A stretch of DNA of 64,000 nt from an uncultured Christensenellaceae bacterium (GCA_910587795.1 CAJUNH010000001.1:246463-310462), one strand, 5' to 3'; positions 47,132 to 57,047 are shown, numbered from the stretch's first letter. Translations and numbers: made by a program. Notes: a model not told the origin generated them from the sequence alone.

Positions 47132-49033
47132 ATGAGTAAAAACAAAAAAGCGTTAATAAGAATTTGCGTTGCAACGGCATTGGTAGTTGTAACCGTTGCA
47201 CTTAAATACACCGTCAGTAAAAATCTTACGTGGTTTAACTGGATGGAACTCGGTCTCAGTATTGCCGCTTATCTTGTTGTCGGTTATGACGTACTGTGGC
47301 GTGCAGTAACAAATATTGCTCACGGACGGGTATTTGACGAAAACTTTTTGATGACGATAGCAACTATCGGCGCATTTGCAATAGGCGAATACGTAGACGC
47401 AACCGCTGTTATGCTGCTTTACCAGTTAGGGGAACTTTTTCAACGTTATGCCGTCGGCAAAAGCCGTAAAAACATAGCCGCGCTTATGGATATTCGTCCC
47501 GAACAAGCAACCGTGTTACGCAACGGCGAAGAAACGGTATTACATCCTACAGAAATAGAAATAGGCGAAACAATATTGATTAAGGCCGGCGAAAAAATTC
47601 CCTTAGACGGCATTGTTGTAAAAGGAGAGAGCAATATAGATACTTCGGCAATCACGGGAGAGAGCATTCCGCGTAAAGCCACCGCCAACGATAACGTTAT
47701 ATCCGGCTGTCTTAACCTAGACGGCGTACTATACGTTAAAACTACCTCTACATATGATAACAGTACCGTCGCAAAGGTGCTGGATCTAGTGGAAAACGCC
47801 ACTAGCAATAAAGCCCCTGCGGAAAATTTTATTACCAAATTCAGCCGTTACTACACCCCCGTAGTAGTTATATTAGCGGTACTGCTTGCCGTTGTACCTC
47901 CCCTTATAGAAGGCATAAACGTAGGCGATATATGGCTTAAATGGATTCGCCGAGCAATGATGTTTTTGTTTGTATCCTGCCCCTGCGCGTTGGTTATATC
48001 TATTCCTTTGGGATTTTTCGGCGGAATTGCCTGCGCAAGCAAAAACGGCATTTTAGTTAAAGGCAGTAATTACCTGGAACTTTTGGCAAAAGTAAAATCT
48101 ATTGCTTTTGATAAAACGGGCACGCTTACAAAAGGAAACTTTGCCGTAACCGACGTTCAGCCGCAAGACAACCGCGAAAAAATATTAAGTCTTGCCGCAG
48201 CTGCCGAACAGTACAGCAACCACCCCATTGCTTTAAGCATATGCAGCGTTTACGCGCCTTCGTCGCCCGCCGAAGTTACGGAAATTGCAGGGCGCGGCAT
48301 AAAAGCCGTAATAAACGGATTGACCGTATTATGCGGAAACGACAAGCTTATGACGGAAAACAACGTAGAATTTACGCCAATACAAAGCGGCACGGTCGTT
48401 TATGTGGCTCAGGACGGAAATTATGTTGGATCTATATTGATTGCCGACGAGTTAAAAGAGGACTCTGCCGACGCAATCGAAGGGCTTAAAAAGAAAGGAG
48501 TTTCTGCCGTTATGCTTACGGGAGACAACGCTAAAACAGCCGATATAATTGCAGAAAAACTGGGCATAGACAAGCGTTATGCAGAGTTATTACCGCAAGA
48601 CAAAGTAACAAAACTCGAACAGCTTAAACAAGAAGGCAAAGTTGCTTTTGCAGGCGACGGAATCAACGACGCGCCCGTACTTGCAACCGCCGACGTAGGC
48701 ATTGCTATGGGTGCAATGGGCAGCGACGTAGCCATTGAAGCCGCCGATATAGTACTTATGCAGGATAACCCCACCGCTATACTTACCGCAACCGACATTG
48801 CGAAAAAGACGCTTGCAATCGTAACGGAAAATATCGTAATTTCACTTGCCATCAAATTTGCGGTGCTTTTGCTTTCGGCAATAGGCATACTGGATAAAAT
48901 CACTTTCGGCATGATAATAGCAATACTCGCAGACGTAGGCGTATGTTTTATTGCCGTCCTAAATTCTATGCGCGCAATGTTTATCAAATCTAACTCTACA
49001 CGGCGTAAACGCAAAAACGAAACTGCGTTTTAA
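47132..49033 (+). CDS. cadA: P1B-type heavy-metal (Cd/Zn/Co-type) translocating ATPase
   Basis: 633 aa. TGES, CPC (SCPCALVIS), DKTGTLT, GDGINDAP. No fused N-terminal HMA domain. Confidence 0.9.
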   Translation: MSKNKKALIRICVATALVVVTVALKYTVSKNLTWFNWMELGLSIAAYLVVGYDVLWRAVTNIAHGRVFDENFLMTIATIGAFAIGEYVDATAVMLLYQLGELFQRYAVGKSRKNIAALMDIRPEQATVLRNGEETVLHPTEIEIGETILIKAGEKIPLDGIVVKGESNIDTSAITGESIPRKATANDNVISGCLNLDGVLYVKTTSTYDNSTVAKVLDLVENATSNKAPAENFITKFSRYYTPVVVILAVLLAVVPPLIEGINVGDIWLKWIRRAMMFLFVSCPCALVISIPLGFFGGIACASKNGILVKGSNYLELLAKVKSIAFDKTGTLTKGNFAVTDVQPQDNREKILSLAAAAEQYSNHPIALSICSVYAPSSPAEVTEIAGRGIKAVINGLTVLCGNDKLMTENNVEFTPIQSGTVVYVAQDGNYVGSILIADELKEDSADAIEGLKKKGVSAVMLTGDNAKTADIIAEKLGIDKRYAELLPQDKVTKLEQLKQEGKVAFAGDGINDAPVLATADVGIAMGAMGSDVAIEAADIVLMQDNPTAILTATDIAKKTLAIVTENIVISLAIKFAVLLLSAIGILDKITFGMIIAILADVGVCFIAVLNSMRAMFIKSNSTRRKRKNETAF

Positions 49034-49100
49034 TAGCTGCTTTATGTTTTATATATTCATTAGTTTTTACAGCAGTAAAAATGATAGTAATTTAAACAAA

Positions 49101-49139
49101 GATAATCCCCGAAATCAATTTTCGGGGATTATCTTTTAA
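49101..49139. terminator. bidirectional intrinsic terminator between convergent cadA and the ABC genes
   Basis: GATAATCCCCGAAA-TCAA-TTTTCGGGGATTATC with flanking A and T runs. Confidence 0.75.
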
Positions 49140-49177
49140 TATATTTAATTAAATTCAAAGTATAATTTTGAGAAAGT

Positions 49178-51061
49178 TTACTTTTTTACAAGTTGTTCTT
49201 TATTATATTGCAAAGTATACAGCTCGTAATAACGCCCTTTTTGAGTAAGTAATTCGTGATGATTACCCTGTTCTATTATTTGACCGTTACTCAGCACTAA
49301 AATCTTATCGGCGTGTTGTATTGTAGACAGTCGGTGCGCGACAATAAGCATAGTTCCTACGTTCATCATTTTGCGCAAGCTGTCCTGTATTAAAATCTCC
49401 GTTTCCGTATCGATATTTGCGGTTGCTTCGTCTAAAATCATAACTTCCGGACAATGAATAATAGTACGCGCAAAAGATAACAGCTGCCGCTGCCCCGCCG
49501 AAAAATTATTGCCGCGCTCTCTTACTTCTTCGTCCAGCCCGTTTGCAAGTTTATCTATAAAGCCATCGGCATTTACGTATTTACACGCCTCTAATACTTT
49601 TTTATCGTCAAAATCGCCGCGCAGTACAATGTTGCTGCGGACAGTTCCGCTAAACAAAAATACGTCTTGCAGCATTTGTCCGAAATGTTTACGCAGCGAA
49701 GCTATCTTTATACGTTTGATGTTTATACCGTCCAACAATATTTCCCCTTGCTGAATATCGTAATTACGGCATAATAACGACAAAATCGTAGTTTTTCCGC
49801 TACCTGTAGAACCGACAAAAGCAACCGTGTCTTTTGCGTTTACCTTAAAGCTTATATCCTTAAGCACCCAGTTTTCGTCTGCATACGCAAACCAAACGTG
49901 TTTAAATTCTATTTCGCCTTCCACTTTATCCAAATCGATTGCGTCATCTTCGTCCACTACAAGCGGAGGAATATCCATAACGGTAAATATTTTTTCTGCC
50001 GAGGCAAACGCCGACTGCAACCTGTGGAACTGTTCCGCCAAACTTTGGATAGGATTAAAAAAGCGGGAAATATACATATAAAACGCTACGAGAACCTCGC
50101 TTGTTATAGCTTGACCTAAAAAATTAATGTCGTCAAGATATCCCATACTTCCCAAAAAGAACAAGCACAATACCGACGAAATATACAGCATATACACTAG
50201 CGGACGGAAAATGCTGAATACCAATATTTGACTGCGCTGAGCTTTGTAAAGCCTATTATTTTTCACCTCAAACTCGTCGACTTTACGCTGTTCGCGGTTA
50301 AAAATCTGAGTAATTTTCATACCGGATAAATTTTCCGATAAATATGTATTTATATCGGTAGTACTGTTTTTAACCTGACGGTACGCCTTGCGGGAAAACT
50401 TACGGAATATTACGGTAAACAACACTATAAACGGCACAAAACACAATACCATCAGCGTAAGCGTATAATTAACGCACAGCATTGCGACAAGCACGCCTAT
50501 AATTACAAAACAGTTTTGAACCAAGTTTACAAGTAAACCCGTAAACATCATAGAAATGGCGTTTGTATCGTTGGTTGCACGGGTAACGAGTTTGCCTACC
50601 GGAATTTCCGATAATTGCGAATGCGACAAACTTTCGATATGAACAAACACGTCTTCGCGCAGTTTTGACACAATTTTCTGTCCCGTTTTTTGTAGGACTA
50701 TGGATTGCACATAGGAGCAGCAAAGAGAAGCGACCAATATTACGGCGTATAAGCCTACGCGCCACAATACGTCTATTACTTCAAATTTGACCTTAATTAT
50801 ACCTTCTATATTAGATATCAGCAACGGAGAAACAATGCTGTACGATATGGAAATCAGCATCACTATTCCAACTAAAACAAAATTTTTCCAATACGGTTTA
50901 GCGTAACGGAGCAAACGCTTAAACAGCTCGCCGTCTTTAATGTTACGGTCGAAGCCCATCGATTCTTTTTTGTCTTTAATAAGCGCGTAAGCTAAAATTA
51001 AAGCGGCGGCTGCAACTCCTAAAATCGCGCCTACAATAAGTAAGGGAAAATATTCTTTCAT
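49178..51061 (-). CDS. ABC exporter permease/ATPase, subunit B of a heterodimer (canonical Walker B Glu, degenerate signature FSAGQ)
   Basis: About 627 aa from MKEYFPLL (ATG 51061, abutting the upstream stop). Six-TM domain, GSTGSGKTT, ILDEATANID, signature FSAGQRQ. Confidence 0.9.
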   Translation of the reverse strand: MKEYFPLLIVGAILGVAAAALILAYALIKDKKESMGFDRNIKDGELFKRLLRYAKPYWKNFVLVGIVMLISISYSIVSPLLISNIEGIIKVKFEVIDVLWRVGLYAVILVASLCCSYVQSIVLQKTGQKIVSKLREDVFVHIESLSHSQLSEIPVGKLVTRATNDTNAISMMFTGLLVNLVQNCFVIIGVLVAMLCVNYTLTLMVLCFVPFIVLFTVIFRKFSRKAYRQVKNSTTDINTYLSENLSGMKITQIFNREQRKVDEFEVKNNRLYKAQRSQILVFSIFRPLVYMLYISSVLCLFFLGSMGYLDDINFLGQAITSEVLVAFYMYISRFFNPIQSLAEQFHRLQSAFASAEKIFTVMDIPPLVVDEDDAIDLDKVEGEIEFKHVWFAYADENWVLKDISFKVNAKDTVAFVGSTGSGKTTILSLLCRNYDIQQGEILLDGINIKRIKIASLRKHFGQMLQDVFLFSGTVRSNIVLRGDFDDKKVLEACKYVNADGFIDKLANGLDEEVRERGNNFSAGQRQLLSFARTIIHCPEVMILDEATANIDTETEILIQDSLRKMMNVGTMLIVAHRLSTIQHADKILVLSNGQIIEQGNHHELLTQKGRYYELYTLQYNKEQLVKK

Positions 51062-51062
51062 T

Positions 51063-52838
51063 TTATATTCCCTCCCCTTCGTCTTCCAACTTTTGGATTG
51101 CAACCATATTACGGTAATCGTCGCAGCGTTCAATCAACTCGTTGTGCGAACCGAAATCCACCACTTTGCCGTTATCTAAATAAACGATTTTGTCTAGACT
51201 TTTTACCGTAGATATACGGTGGGCAATCAATAATGTGGTTTTACCTGAGCGTTCCCTCTTTAAGTTATCCAGAATTTTCCGCTCGGTATCTGTATCTACT
51301 GCAGAAACCGAATCGTCTAAAATTAATATAGGTGCGTTTTTCATCAATGCGCGAGCAATAGATATACGCTGTTTTTGTCCGCCGGAAACTGTTACGCCGC
51401 GTTCGCCCAAAACTGTTTTATACCCGTTGATAAATCCCTGTATATTATCGTCTATATCCGCAAGCTTTGCCGCTTTTTTTACGCAGTCCGCATACGCATT
51501 ATCGGTACAGAAAGCTATATTGTTGGCAATAGTATCCGAAAAAAGAAAATTGTCCTGCGGCACATACGCGCAAAAATCGCGCAAACTTTTAATTGTGATA
51601 TCGTTTACGTCTTTACCGTCTATCATCACGGTATTTTGTTCTACATTGTAACAACGCAAAATCAACTCCGCAATAGTTGTTTTTCCGCAACCGGTTTTAC
51701 CCACTATGCCTACGCTTTGTCCAGCCTCTATTGCAAAGGTAACGTCACTAAGCGCATCGTAATCCGCACCGGGATAACGAAAAGTTAAGTGATTAAATTC
51801 TATTTTGCCTTGCACACTGTCGACGTCTTGCGCAGAATCGCCGTCTGTAATATCCGTTTGAGTATTTAAAAACGCAGACACGCGTTTTAAAGACGCCTTA
51901 CCGCGCGAACGCATATCTATCAGTTCGGTAATGGCCATAACGGGCCACACAATAGCGTTAAAGTAACCTATAAACTCCATAAGCTGCCCCGCGTTAAATA
52001 CTCCGTTGTACACTAAATACGAACCGTAGCCCAACACAATACAAATAACCGATTCTACAAACAGGTTTACGAATATATGCAGCAGCATACTCATTTTGGT
52101 ATACGCAACGTTTGCGTCCTCGTTTTGCTTGTTTAAACGGCGGAACGCCCACAGCTCTTTAAATTCCTTTACAAACGCTTTTATTACCGCAATTCCGGAA
52201 AAGCTTTCCTGCGCAAAATCCGATAAATCGCTAAACGCTTTCTGCCGAGCGTCCCATTTCATCGTCATATATTTACCCAAAACTATACCGACGGCAAGCA
52301 TTAACGCCATTGGTATAAGGGATAGCAACGTCATTTTCCAATCCATACAAAACATTTTGTACAGAGACATTCCTCCCATAAAAACAGCGTCAAACGTCAT
52401 CATTATTCCGCTGCCGAAACAGTCCTGAACCGTTTCGAGATCGTTGGTAAACAACGACATCATATTGCCTACTTTATTTTTGGAATAAAACTCGCAAGAC
52501 ATATCTTTTGCGTGGCTGAACATACGTCCGCGCAAGTCCTTTTCCAGCCTGTAACCCGAACCGAACAGGCATATACGCCACAAAAATCTGCCGACAATCA
52601 ATACGGCAATGACTATAAACATGGGCTTACAAACTTCGTTCCATAGCACAGTTTTATCAAAATCAACTATTACGCCGTCTATTTCCACCGCGCCGTCATT
52701 TATACCGTTGACAACTATGCGGTATATTTCCGGGATAATTAGCTGAAAATAGTCCACGGCAATCAGCGCCGCAATACCTAATAATATCGGCAAAAGATAT
52801 TTTATATAGTATCTATTAATGTGTTTGCCGAAAACCAT
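51063..52838 (-). CDS. ABC exporter permease/ATPase, subunit A of a heterodimer (Walker B followed by Asp, not Glu)
   Basis: 591 aa. GKTGCGKTT, VSGGQKQR, ILILDDSVSAVD. This is the degenerate-site arrangement known from TM287/288, BmrCD and EfrCD-type exporters. Confidence 0.9.
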   Translation of the reverse strand: MVFGKHINRYYIKYLLPILLGIAALIAVDYFQLIIPEIYRIVVNGINDGAVEIDGVIVDFDKTVLWNEVCKPMFIVIAVLIVGRFLWRICLFGSGYRLEKDLRGRMFSHAKDMSCEFYSKNKVGNMMSLFTNDLETVQDCFGSGIMMTFDAVFMGGMSLYKMFCMDWKMTLLSLIPMALMLAVGIVLGKYMTMKWDARQKAFSDLSDFAQESFSGIAVIKAFVKEFKELWAFRRLNKQNEDANVAYTKMSMLLHIFVNLFVESVICIVLGYGSYLVYNGVFNAGQLMEFIGYFNAIVWPVMAITELIDMRSRGKASLKRVSAFLNTQTDITDGDSAQDVDSVQGKIEFNHLTFRYPGADYDALSDVTFAIEAGQSVGIVGKTGCGKTTIAELILRCYNVEQNTVMIDGKDVNDITIKSLRDFCAYVPQDNFLFSDTIANNIAFCTDNAYADCVKKAAKLADIDDNIQGFINGYKTVLGERGVTVSGGQKQRISIARALMKNAPILILDDSVSAVDTDTERKILDNLKRERSGKTTLLIAHRISTVKSLDKIVYLDNGKVVDFGSHNELIERCDDYRNMVAIQKLEDEGEGI

Positions 52839-52964
52839 TCCGCACCTCTTTTTATAACATTAGCATATTATAGTAGCATGCCGAATTTTAAAAGTCAATT
52901 AAATATAACAAATAACGGCAATATACGCCGTATTATTGCCGAACTCAAATTGCGTTTATAAAGA

Positions 52965-53235
52965 AACCTTTAAGCATAATGTTTAAGCACAGCTAAATTT
53001 CGCTAAATTTATTTAATTGCTTAACTATATCGCAAAACAACTATGCTAAATCAAATAAATTATTGTTAAACCTTTTACGATATAATTAAAATCAATCGAA
53101 TTCTGTTAAAATCAGTAAATTGTTAATTATATCGTACACGAATAGCGCGGGCTCAAATCAGTAATTTCCAAGCGTGATACGATGTAATTTTAAGTTCCGT
53201 TAAATCATTTAATCGCTTAATTATAAAATATAAAG
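52965..53235. repeat. modular AT-rich intergenic repeat array, locus B (3 units of ~100 bp)
   Basis: TTGCTTAACTATATCGCAAAAC (53017-53038), inverted TTTTACGATATAATTAA (53073-53089), TTGTTAATTATATCGTACAC (53121-53139), inverted GTGATACGATGTAATTTTA (53174-53192), terminal CGCTTAATTATAAAATA (53213-53230). Confidence 0.6.
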
Positions 53236-53298
53236 AAATAAGTACTTATTATCAAAATATAGTTAAAAAGAAAAATATAAAAAAGCATGCCCGTTAAT

Positions 53299-54024
53299 TT
53301 AGGCAAGCTTTATTAATTCCAACAAGCATTTTAAAGGAAAGTAACTATTAGATATGTAACGATAGCATAACGTCAACGATTCCTTTAACACATCCGTAGA
53401 CGTATTTATATTAACTAATCGCTCATAGTCGATACCGTCAACCATTTTACACAGAGCAAGTGTGCGCGCAGTAACTGTTTTATCGTCTGTTTCACGGCAA
53501 TTATCACACACAAGCCCGCCTTTTTGCAAGCTTAAAAAATAACGCTTTCCGCTATTACCGCAAACAATACACTTATTTAAATCCAACTTTATACCGTTTA
53601 GCTCAAAAAATTTGAGCATAAAGCGCAACGTTACGCGCAATGGATCCGTCCCGCAGGACAGCGACTGCAGCGCCCTAAGCGTTTCCACAAAGACGGGCGG
53701 TTCGCTCTGCCCTTCTTCAGTGTAATTAATGATCGACTCGGCAATAACGCAAGCGGCGTAATATGCTAAAATATCCTCGCGCAAGCTGTAAAAGCTTTCC
53801 AACTGTTCGCACGTTTTAAGCGTAAATCTATCGCCCGTCTGCACTAACTCGTACTGTCCAAAGCAAAACTGATCGACTGCAAAACGAAGCTTTGCCGAGC
53901 CTTTACGTATGCCGCGCGCTAAAACGGAAATTTTGCCGTATTCTAAAGAATACAGCAAAACATACTTATCGTTTTCCTTGTAATCCGTCGCCCTTAGGGC
54001 TACGGCTTTCGTTGTCAGTTCCAT
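53299..54024 (-). CDS. recO: DNA repair protein RecO
   Basis: 241 aa. N-terminal OB fold and a C-terminal CxxC...CxxC zinc motif (CIVCG...CDNC). Position downstream of era. Confidence 0.85.
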   Translation of the reverse strand: MELTTKAVALRATDYKENDKYVLLYSLEYGKISVLARGIRKGSAKLRFAVDQFCFGQYELVQTGDRFTLKTCEQLESFYSLREDILAYYAACVIAESIINYTEEGQSEPPVFVETLRALQSLSCGTDPLRVTLRFMLKFFELNGIKLDLNKCIVCGNSGKRYFLSLQKGGLVCDNCRETDDKTVTARTLALCKMVDGIDYERLVNINTSTDVLKESLTLCYRYISNSYFPLKCLLELIKLA

Positions 54025-54103
54025 CCTTAGTCAATTCCTTATAAAGCATATAATATGCCGGATTGCCCGTTTGCTCGAATAATTGCCATACTTTATCTTT
54101 CAT
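53966..54103 (-). CDS. yqzL: YqzL-like small protein (45 aa), overlaps the recO start out of frame
   Basis: Not in the ORF track (under 60 aa). GGAGGAGCGTATA-ATG, then MKDKVWQLFEQTGNPAYYMLYKELTKDGTDNESRSPKGDGLQGKR*. The W-x2-F-x2-TG-x4-Y-x3-KE pattern and the era-recO position match B. subtilis YqzL. Confidence 0.5.
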   Translation of the reverse strand: MKDKVWQLFEQTGNPAYYMLYKELTKDGTDNESRSPKGDGLQGKR

Positions 54104-54245
54104 TATACGCTCCTCCTGCTTTAGTGTGCGTACAACGGATAAAATTTAAACCTTTCAATCTGTTCGTTTTATAGAAGAGTATAGAAAAATCTTATATTAT
54201 GTCACAAATAGTATATCGTAATTATTTAATTTTACTAATAATACG

Positions 54246-55133
54246 CTATTTTCTGTTGCTGTAACCTAATTCGTTTAACATAGACAGATTGTTTCGCCAA
54301 TCTTCCTTAACCTTAACCCACAAGGTTAAAAAAACCTTTCCGTCAAGTAGTTTTTCGATACTTTCGCGGGCGTGGATACCTATGCCTTTAATCATTGCGC
54401 CGTGCTTTCCAAGCACTATAGGCTTGTGAGAAGCTTTTTCCACTATCACGGTAGCGTCGATATCCCACGATCCGTTTTCCTGCTGCATTTTATTCAAAGC
54501 GATGCCTATACCGTGGGGAATTTCGTTTTCACAGGCAAGCAATACTTTTTCGCGTATAATCTCTCCGACAAGAAAACGTTGACTTTTATCGGTAACGTCG
54601 TCCTCTTCAAAATACATTACGTCGCCTGTTAAATATTTTTTTAAAGCCCGTTTAAGTTCGTCAACGCCGTTATTGCGTTTAGCCGACACGCAGTATACTT
54701 CCGCCACGTTATCTAAACCATTAAGTTTTGCAAGCTCCGGCATTAGTTTTGCCGGCTGAGAAATATCTATTTTTGTTACGGCTACGACAATAGGAACACT
54801 GCGCCGTGCGTACTTATTTATCTGCGAAAGCTCCTTATCGCTTATACCGTCGTGTCCGTCTATAACAAGCAAAATGCAATCGACGTCCTGTGTAGCGTTG
54901 TCTATACTTTTAAGCATATAATCGCCAAGCGCATTTTTACTTGTTAAAAAACCCGGGGTGTCAACAAATACTATTTGACTGTCATCGTCCGTCCATATAC
55001 CCATTATACTATCCCTTGTAGTTTGAGGTTTTGGGGATACAATGGAAACTTTTTGTTTAATAAGTGCGTTAAGCAGCGTAGATTTACCTGCATTTGCAAA
55101 ACCCACTATCGCAATAAAGCCTGTTTTTCTCAT
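54246..55133 (-). CDS. era: GTPase Era
   Basis: 295 aa. GFANAGKST (G1), DTPG (G3), TKID (G4), C-terminal KH domain. Confidence 0.95.
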   Translation of the reverse strand: MRKTGFIAIVGFANAGKSTLLNALIKQKVSIVSPKPQTTRDSIMGIWTDDDSQIVFVDTPGFLTSKNALGDYMLKSIDNATQDVDCILLVIDGHDGISDKELSQINKYARRSVPIVVAVTKIDISQPAKLMPELAKLNGLDNVAEVYCVSAKRNNGVDELKRALKKYLTGDVMYFEEDDVTDKSQRFLVGEIIREKVLLACENEIPHGIGIALNKMQQENGSWDIDATVIVEKASHKPIVLGKHGAMIKGIGIHARESIEKLLDGKVFLTLWVKVKEDWRNNLSMLNELGYSNRK

Positions 55134-55134
55134 A

Positions 55135-55617
55135 TCAGTTACGCGTAATACGCATTTTATTTAAAATTTCATCTTGCAAGGCAGTCATCTGTTGCTCGTC
55201 TTCGGGGGTTATATGGTCGTACCCCAGCAAATGTAAAGCGCCGTGCAAAGCTAAAAAGCACAACTCTCTTTTTAAAGAGTGATTGTACTCGGAAGCCTGT
55301 TCCTTAGCGCGTTCGAGGCATATTATTACATCGCCGATATTAAGTTTGCCTGTTTCGGGATTGATATTGTCTTGGGAAACTTGGGATAAATTAAAAGTTT
55401 CGCGCTTTGGATTGTCCACAGACGGAAAAGACAACACGTCAGTAACCTGATCCAAATTGCGATATTCGTTATTTAAACGCTTAATTTCCTCAGGCGAAAC
55501 AATGGACAGCGACATTTCTATATCGTTTACGGGCTGGTTAAGATATTTTAGCGCGCCTTGCAGCAGTTTTTTAATTGTAAAACGCACACAGCCTACATTT
55601 GTAAAATATATTGTCAT
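55135..55617 (-). CDS. ybeY: rRNA maturation endoribonuclease YbeY
   Basis: 160 aa. HGALHLLGYDH zinc motif. Confidence 0.92.
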   Translation of the reverse strand: MTIYFTNVGCVRFTIKKLLQGALKYLNQPVNDIEMSLSIVSPEEIKRLNNEYRNLDQVTDVLSFPSVDNPKRETFNLSQVSQDNINPETGKLNIGDVIICLERAKEQASEYNHSLKRELCFLALHGALHLLGYDHITPEDEQQMTALQDEILNKMRITRN

Positions 55618-57047
55618 TTTTTACCGCCTAGTTTTACGTCGGGATAAGATATACGCTTGTGACGCACGCCCAAGAACGTGGCGACAATCGTATCTTTTAC
55701 TATTTCCATTTCCTTCATCGTAAGGTCGCATTCGGTAAATTGACCGAACGACATACGCTCGTTAATTATATCAGTTATAATTTTATCTGCGGTATTTTTA
55801 TCGCCGCTGGCACGCAAAGCGGCTTCGCTCGCGTCGCAAATCATAAGTATTGCGGATATTTTCGTAGTAGGTTTAGGACCGTCGTAGCAATATCCGTCAT
55901 AAGGTAAAAATCCGTCGGTATATTTTTGCGCTTTTAAGAAGAAATACTTAATAGGCATAGTACCGTGGTGTTCCACTATCGCCAGCTGTACTTCCTTGGG
56001 CAAACCGTAATCCTTTGCCATTGCAAGTCCGTTAAGAGTATGATACTTTATCATATTAACGCTGGCTTCGGGGGTCATATTGTCGTGAGGATTATATCCG
56101 TCAAACTGATTTTCCACAAAATAACTTGGATTTTTCATTTTGCCGATATCGTGATAATATGCCGCCGCCTTTGCTATGGACGCGCTTTGTCCTATTGCAA
56201 CGGCGCAAGCCTCCACATACGTTGCCACCGTTAAGCTATGATTGTACGTTCCGGGAGCTTTTTCAAACAGTTTACGCATAAGCTCGTTATCGCTTGTGGC
56301 GATTTCTGCGTAGCGGAATATAGACGAAACGTTAAATGCTTTTTCAAATACCGGTACGATCATAAACATAATCATTACGCTTATAATTCCGCTGCCGAAA
56401 GCGCAAGCCATCTCTATACCGTATTGCAGCCAATTCCAAGAATTTAAATCTTCAAAAATCAAAATACTGATTGTCGCGCATACCGCCGACGTTATGCCTA
56501 ATATTACGCCTGCTATCACGTATCTTAAACGTCGGTACTGTTTGCCAAGCAAAAAAGCAACGAATACGGCCTCGATAACGCCGCTAAACAACAAATAAAA
56601 CATCCAACCCGATTGCAGGACTTCCGGACCGTTCCATATAATCGGTTCCATAAAATTGAGCATTATAATTATAAAGTTTGCAAAAAATCCGCATTTGCCC
56701 GACACCACGATAGACAGTATCAGCGAACATAAAGCAAATGGAACCAGATATATCGCATATTCCCACAGTTGATACAACTGTATAACTATGTAGGACAATA
56801 TCATGGTACAAAACATTGCCCAAGTCGCGCGAGAACTCTCCATTACCTCGCGGTCGGCAAAGTAAACGTACAAGCCGATAGACACAAGCAGCATTACATT
56901 TGTTATAAGCTGCACCGCTACGTTTACTGCCGAAATAATCTTTGTATTTGGCAGTATAGTCAAGGCAGAAAACAGGATAAACGCTATTACATAGCTTAAT
57001 ATCGTCTGTTTCCACTTGATATTTGTTCTTTTTAATTTTTTAGCCAT
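55614..57047 (-). CDS. pgpH: 7TM-receptor HD/HDIG phosphohydrolase (PgpH/YqfF-like)
   Basis: 477 aa. Seven-TM block then an HD domain (YNHSL...YYHDIGK). It lacks the long extracytoplasmic N-domain of about 250 aa found in B. subtilis YqfF / Listeria PgpH. Confidence 0.75.
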   Translation of the reverse strand: MAKKLKRTNIKWKQTILSYVIAFILFSALTILPNTKIISAVNVAVQLITNVMLLVSIGLYVYFADREVMESSRATWAMFCTMILSYIVIQLYQLWEYAIYLVPFALCSLILSIVVSGKCGFFANFIIIMLNFMEPIIWNGPEVLQSGWMFYLLFSGVIEAVFVAFLLGKQYRRLRYVIAGVILGITSAVCATISILIFEDLNSWNWLQYGIEMACAFGSGIISVMIMFMIVPVFEKAFNVSSIFRYAEIATSDNELMRKLFEKAPGTYNHSLTVATYVEACAVAIGQSASIAKAAAYYHDIGKMKNPSYFVENQFDGYNPHDNMTPEASVNMIKYHTLNGLAMAKDYGLPKEVQLAIVEHHGTMPIKYFFLKAQKYTDGFLPYDGYCYDGPKPTTKISAILMICDASEAALRASGDKNTADKIITDIINERMSFGQFTECDLTMKEMEIVKDTIVATFLGVRHKRISYPDVKLGGKK

